Positions 59,547-64,000 of a stretch of 64,000 nt of DNA are shown in pieces. Made by a program: the position numbers and the translations under genes. This DNA is from Candidatus Latescibacterota bacterium (GTDB taxonomy: Bacteria; Latescibacterota; UBA2968), in the NCBI GenBank assembly GCA_965208125.1, contig OZ242320.1:3456001-3520000 (forward strand). The letters run 5' to 3'. Position 1 is the first letter of the stretch. Each line of letters opens with the position of its first letter. The notes below the pieces were generated by a model. The model worked only from the letters and a program-made list of their open reading frames with translations, did no database searches and was not told the origin of the DNA.

Positions 59547-60296
59547 CTATTTTTTGAGAACAAAATGCACCCGGTCCGAATGTTCCGTCGGCGGTGCATA
59601 TCCAAATCCACCATAAGCCCCCACCATTTCAAAAGGCGATTTATCTAAAATTTCTACAATCGTCTCCAAAGAATAAATACGCTGTTGGTGTACTTCTTTG
59701 ACCACTTCATTCGTGTCTTCAAAGTGAATATCAAATTTGTTGTATTGCACACCCTTCTCGTAATAGCTGTGCCGCCGATATGAAAATCCGTCTCCCGAAT
59801 CTTCTGACTCCATATTGCAGAAGTATTGCCTCGAATTGCTCTCTGTACAGATATCGACCACAAAAACCCCGTTGGGATTTACAATGCGATGCACTTCTTC
59901 CAGAGCAAGCGCAATCATTTCAGGTGACATCAAATAGTTGATGCTATCGTACAAGCACAATACCGCATCACACGGGGGCAAATCGTCCAAATCGAGCAAA
60001 TTGCGATGGTAAAATGGAATGGCATAGCGCAACTTACGCGTTTTATTTTTAGCCACATCCAGCATTTCCCGGCAACCATCCGCACCCATTACATCAAACT
60101 TCTGACGGTATAGCTCAATTGCCAGACTGCCCGTGCCGCAGGCCAGGTCCAATATGCGGTTGGGTTTCACTTTGTGTCGTGCGAGCAGTGACGACACATA
60201 ATGCGCCCAATGCACGTAATCCACATGTCGCATTACATAATCGTAAATGGTCGCTAAGCGGCTATACGGGGTTGCCTCAGTTTTGAAGTTTTGCAT
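59547..60296 (-). CDS. Class I SAM-dependent methyltransferase
   Basis: LDLACGTG, DSINY. Confidence 0.9.
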   Translation of the reverse strand: MQNFKTEATPYSRLATIYDYVMRHVDYVHWAHYVSSLLARHKVKPNRILDLACGTGSLAIELYRQKFDVMGADGCREMLDVAKNKTRKLRYAIPFYHRNLLDLDDLPPCDAVLCLYDSINYLMSPEMIALALEEVHRIVNPNGVFVVDICTESNSRQYFCNMESEDSGDGFSYRRHSYYEKGVQYNKFDIHFEDTNEVVKEVHQQRIYSLETIVEILDKSPFEMVGAYGGFGYAPPTEHSDRVHFVLKK

Positions 60297-60366
60297 AAAA
60301 TGAAAAACGGCCAGCCCGTGCCGGCCTTTGCCTTTCTACTTTTTTTCGTTCTGACGGGGTCGCGTT

Positions 60367-60639
60367 TTAAAAAAACTCTGGTGCCCGTGCCTCATCCCGA
60401 ATAACGCGATAATATTCAGGTGCTCGCTTCCGCGATACATTGCCCCGTGGAATCGCCAATACCTCAAATTCCAACAGACGGTCGGAAAACGCAATGCTCA
60501 CCCTTTGCCCTGCGCGTAAGACGCGACTCGCTTTGGCCTCTTGCCCATCTACTGCTACAATCCCATTATCACACGCTCGTTTGGCCTCTGATCGACGCCG
60601 CACCAGACAACACGTATTTAGATAGATATCTAATCTCAT
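60367..60639 (-). CDS. S4-domain RNA-binding protein (Hsp15/RqcP-like)
   Basis: MRLDIYL...RRSEAK..C..G. Confidence 0.88.
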   Translation of the reverse strand: MRLDIYLNTCCLVRRRSEAKRACDNGIVAVDGQEAKASRVLRAGQRVSIAFSDRLLEFEVLAIPRGNVSRKRAPEYYRVIRDEARAPEFF

Positions 60640-60645
60640 ACTTTC

Positions 60646-61890
60646 CTATTCCAACCGCACATCCACATATAATTTCGCCCGCGTTTCTGCCAGTTTCTCG
60701 CGGAATAATTCCTGCAAGCGTTCCTGTCCTGCAAATTTCTCTAATGTTGCGGCATCGTCATTGAAGCGGAATATATTCCAACCGCCTTCCATTTTTACGG
60801 GCAAACTCACATCACCCGGCTTGAGTGTACGCACCACATCTGCAATTTCGGGGGGAAGATTTTCCCTGGTAAGGTCGTCCCTCCAAAATCCGCCGCGCGA
60901 TGCTGTTTCTTCAAAGTCGGAATGCTCGCGCGCAAGTTCGGCAAAATCAGCCCCATCTTTAATCTGTTGATACAACGCCATTGCCTTTTGTTGACCGGCT
61001 TTTTCGTCTTTTTGCAACAAAAACAAAATGTGACGCGCCCGCACCTGATCGCCTGAGGTTTCCTCTACGCGAATAATGTGAAAGCCAAACTGCGATTGTA
61101 CGAGGTCACTAACCTCGCCGGCTTTGAGACTAAAGGCAACGTCTTCAAATGCAGGTACCATGGTGCCGCGCCCAAAAAAGCCCAGATCCCCACCTTGAGA
61201 CGCGCTGCCAGGGTCTTGTGAGTATTCTTTTGCCAGCGCTGCAAAATCTTCACCTGCCCGAATGCGTTCTAAAACCGCTTCTGCCTGGGGGCGAATTTTG
61301 TCCTGCTGTTCTGTCGATGCAGCAGGTTCAATAAAAATATGACTCAATGACACGCTACCCGACTCACCACGGCGGTATTTTTCTTCAAATTCCTTTATAT
61401 CCCGGGGCGACACTTTAACCTGCTGCGACAGCAGTCCATACATACTCTCTTCCAAATACTGATTGCGAAAGTGCTCTCTGTACTGGTCTCGCATCTGTCG
61501 CTCGGTCAATCCCTCCTTTTTTAGCTCTTCAGCAAATGCCTCTGCGCCAAATTGTTCCTTAATGTAGCGAATCTGTGCGCGCACCATTTCTTCCACGCGC
61601 TCGTCATCTGCCTCAATGCTATCTTCTCGCGCCCTGACCAGTAATAAGTTGCGCTGAATTTCATTTTCCAGAACTTTATTAAACATATTCTCAAGCTCTG
61701 CCTGCGGCACGGTGCGCACATCAATTCTTCGACCGATCAATTCCATCCGCAGCTTGTTCTCCACATCAGATCGCAACACAATTTTGTCATCTACTACCGC
61801 TATAATTTTATCCAATAAGATAGGCTCTGCACGCGCTGTACCCGCGAGCAGGAATAACCCAATTAGCAAGTTGATAAATAGCGTTTTCAT
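60646..61890 (-). CDS. surA: SurA-like parvulin peptidyl-prolyl isomerase
   Basis: [29 protein letters not shown]; two PPIase domains. Confidence 0.88.
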   Translation of the reverse strand: MKTLFINLLIGLFLLAGTARAEPILLDKIIAVVDDKIVLRSDVENKLRMELIGRRIDVRTVPQAELENMFNKVLENEIQRNLLLVRAREDSIEADDERVEEMVRAQIRYIKEQFGAEAFAEELKKEGLTERQMRDQYREHFRNQYLEESMYGLLSQQVKVSPRDIKEFEEKYRRGESGSVSLSHIFIEPAASTEQQDKIRPQAEAVLERIRAGEDFAALAKEYSQDPGSASQGGDLGFFGRGTMVPAFEDVAFSLKAGEVSDLVQSQFGFHIIRVEETSGDQVRARHILFLLQKDEKAGQQKAMALYQQIKDGADFAELAREHSDFEETASRGGFWRDDLTRENLPPEIADVVRTLKPGDVSLPVKMEGGWNIFRFNDDAATLEKFAGQERLQELFREKLAETRAKLYVDVRLE

Positions 61891-61934
61891 GTCGATAAAT
61901 TCCTTGTATTAGTAATCAGTAGCCCGTCCAATCC

Positions 61935-62792
61935 TCACTGTGCTCTATTCAATTGCTTCCAATCCACTGACCATTCAGTCCGCTCTTTGAGTTCGGCCAG
62001 CATTTTTGCGCGTTGCTCGCGTCGGCGCTCGGTCAGGATGCGTTGCTGAATCTCGCCGCGCACATCGACCAAATCGCGTATTGAGCCCTCGTCGTCCCGA
62101 TCCATTACCTCAATGATATGGTAGCCCAACTCAGTGCGTGTGCGTATCCGATGCCCCAATTTGGCTTCCCGACAGGCTGTCCAGAAAGAGGCGGTGACCA
62201 TATCTTCGGTAAAATATCCCAGATCGCCGCCATTTACAGCCGACTGATCGATAGAAACTTCGCGTGCCACCTGCTCAAAAAATTCACCCTTTTGCAGCCG
62301 GTCCCACGCCCGAGTCTGTGCATTCCGATCTGCCACAATGAGGTGCCGTACCCTGAGTTCGAGTTGATCGCGTTCAAAATCTGCTCGATGTTCTTCGTAA
62401 TAGGCGAGAATTTCATCCTCTGAGATTTCGGCGTTGCGTGCGTATGCGCGGGTCATTAATTCGTTCGCTAACAGTTGTCTAACAGCGCGATCAATGCGAT
62501 CCGATAGTTCGGCGTCCTGGTCGAGTTTTTGTCTTATAGCTTCTCGATAGAGGAGTTCTTCCTCAATCCAATTTTCGACCAATTTTTGTTTTTCTTTGGG
62601 CGAAATTGTGCTTGCAAACGGGGTGGGAATACGCCTCTCAAATGCTTCTGTGGTCAGATAGCTATTCCCCACTTGTGCCACGACGGAAACTTTTTGTGGT
62701 CTCTCACATCCCCACAGGCCAATCAGGCAGATTATCAAGCCAATTTTCAAATACCGCGCCCGTTTCAAAACGCGATCCCCCATTGCGGTCAT
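61935..62792 (-). CDS. PpiC-type peptidyl-prolyl isomerase lipoprotein
   Basis: LWG-C lipobox, VRHLIV, GGDLGY, GYHII. Confidence 0.88.
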   Translation of the reverse strand: MTAMGDRVLKRARYLKIGLIICLIGLWGCERPQKVSVVAQVGNSYLTTEAFERRIPTPFASTISPKEKQKLVENWIEEELLYREAIRQKLDQDAELSDRIDRAVRQLLANELMTRAYARNAEISEDEILAYYEEHRADFERDQLELRVRHLIVADRNAQTRAWDRLQKGEFFEQVAREVSIDQSAVNGGDLGYFTEDMVTASFWTACREAKLGHRIRTRTELGYHIIEVMDRDDEGSIRDLVDVRGEIQQRILTERRREQRAKMLAELKERTEWSVDWKQLNRAQ

Positions 62793-62856
62793 ATCCCCGT
62801 ATGTGGCTCTAAACTATTGACAATAAAAAAGGTTCCGACTAATCGAATATACGCCT

Positions 62857-64000
62857 TCAAATTAGGCTCTGCAACACATTTTTAGCCGATTCTAACCGCG
62901 ATTGTGGTCCCTTTCCCATTAGCGCGACTTCTATTTTTGGCGGATCTCCCAGGACAAATTCCAGGGGGAGTGGTGACTGTGTCACCATTCGTTCAATATC
63001 CGTTCGCATCAGCGGTTTGTCAGGCGACAGGGTCATTGTCATGATCTGTCCGATTTGCAACAGCGACAACCTGAGTTGGCGGGCCAAAATTTTGACTTGT
63101 AAGATGTCTAATAATGCAGTTGTGGGCTCGGGCAAAGGTCCAAAGCGGTCCACGAGTTCTTCCTCTATTGCCAGGACTTCCACAGTTTGCCGTATCTGGC
63201 CCAATCGCTGATAAAACTGCATTTTTTGATCTGTATCGGGAATATAGTCGTCTGGAATATACGACGAGACGGATATCTGTACATCTGGTTCAATCGCGGG
63301 TTCGGTCTCATCGCCCTTAATTTGCCGCACGGCTTCGTCCAGCAATCGCGTGTATAAATCAAATCCCACGGCTGCGATATGTCCGTGTTGCTGCGCGCCG
63401 AGCAAGTTGCCCGTGCCCCTGATTTCCATATCTCGCATTGAAATGTGAAAACCCGATCCCAAATCCGAAAATTCTTCGATGGCGCGCAATCGCCTGACCG
63501 CTGGTTTTTTGAGTGCTTGCCACGACGGTACAAATAAATACGCATATGCCCGCTTATTCGATCGTCCCACCCGACCACGCAATTGATACAACTGTGCCAA
63601 TCCCAGGCGATCTGCCCGATTTACGATTAGCGTGTTCGCGTTGGGAATGTCCAGCCCGGATTCCACGATCATGGTTGAGACCAGAACATCGTATTTATGC
63701 TCAAAAAAGTCCATCATCACTTTTTCGAGTTGCCGTTCGGGCATCTGTCCGTGTCCCATGCCAAAACGCACCTGCGGTAGCAAGCGAGTGAGAAAACCCA
63801 TCATCGCGTGCATGGATTGAACTCTATTGTGGACAAAATAAACCTGTCCACTGCGATCTACTTCCCGTAAGATCGCTTCGGCTATGCGGTCTTCTTCAAA
63901 AGCCAGCACTTCAGTCTGAATTGGTAAGCGGTCTTTGGGCGGGGTTTGTATGACAGACATATCGCGCGCGCCCATCAGCGACATGTGCAGGGTGCGCGGA
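62857..64000 (-). CDS. mfd: Transcription-repair coupling factor, C-terminal part (5' end off-window)
   Basis: GQVYFVHNRV, GLAQLYQLRGRVGRS, RDMEIRG.GNLLG, TRCF domain. Confidence 0.96.
   Translation of the reverse strand, partial: PRTLHMSLMGARDMSVIQTPPKDRLPIQTEVLAFEEDRIAEAILREVDRSGQVYFVHNRVQSMHAMMGFLTRLLPQVRFGMGHGQMPERQLEKVMMDFFEHKYDVLVSTMIVESGLDIPNANTLIVNRADRLGLAQLYQLRGRVGRSNKRAYAYLFVPSWQALKKPAVRRLRAIEEFSDLGSGFHISMRDMEIRGTGNLLGAQQHGHIAAVGFDLYTRLLDEAVRQIKGDETEPAIEPDVQISVSSYIPDDYIPDTDQKMQFYQRLGQIRQTVEVLAIEEELVDRFGPLPEPTTALLDILQVKILARQLRLSLLQIGQIMTMTLSPDKPLMRTDIERMVTQSPLPLEFVLGDPPKIEVALMGKGPQSRLESAKNVLQSLI

Noticed and set aside
62817-62845. Plus-strand TTGACA as an antisense promoter into mfd
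   Set aside because: No convincing -10 element at 16-18 nt; it overlaps a weak terminator-like sequence

Overview
Gene-dense bacterial window of about 50% GC with several visibly GC-richer stretches. The first ~52 kb are mostly accessory catabolic genes: four Cys-type sulfatases, three aldo/keto reductases, two Gfo/Idh/MocA oxidoreductases, two CurA-like reductases, five Fe(II)/2OG-type oxygenase genes (two are a tandem duplicate), hydrolases and transporters. The last ~12 kb are housekeeping genes: tmRNA, nucleotide-sugar genes, argF, nrnA, ftsEX plus an envC-like gene, two PPIases and mfd. The gene content resembles marine or sponge-associated Latescibacterota/Poribacteria-type genomes (inference only). 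The strongest unusual signal is an M20/AbgB-type amidohydrolase split by one in-frame TGA exactly at the metal-ligand Cys of the GHGCGHN motif, followed by a bacterial SECIS-like hairpin; this is a candidate non-redox selenoprotein. Other signals are an unexplained two-hairpin structured RNA, an FtsE with degenerate ATP-binding motifs next to a LytM-less EnvC, duplicated PhyH-fold proteins lacking the Fe-binding carboxylate, a UshA-like/tetraheme/thioredoxin fusion, a duplicated TonB 3' end and two toxin-antitoxin remnants. No CRISPR array, rRNA, tRNA, integrase or transposase was seen. All calls come from reading motifs by eye; no searches were run.
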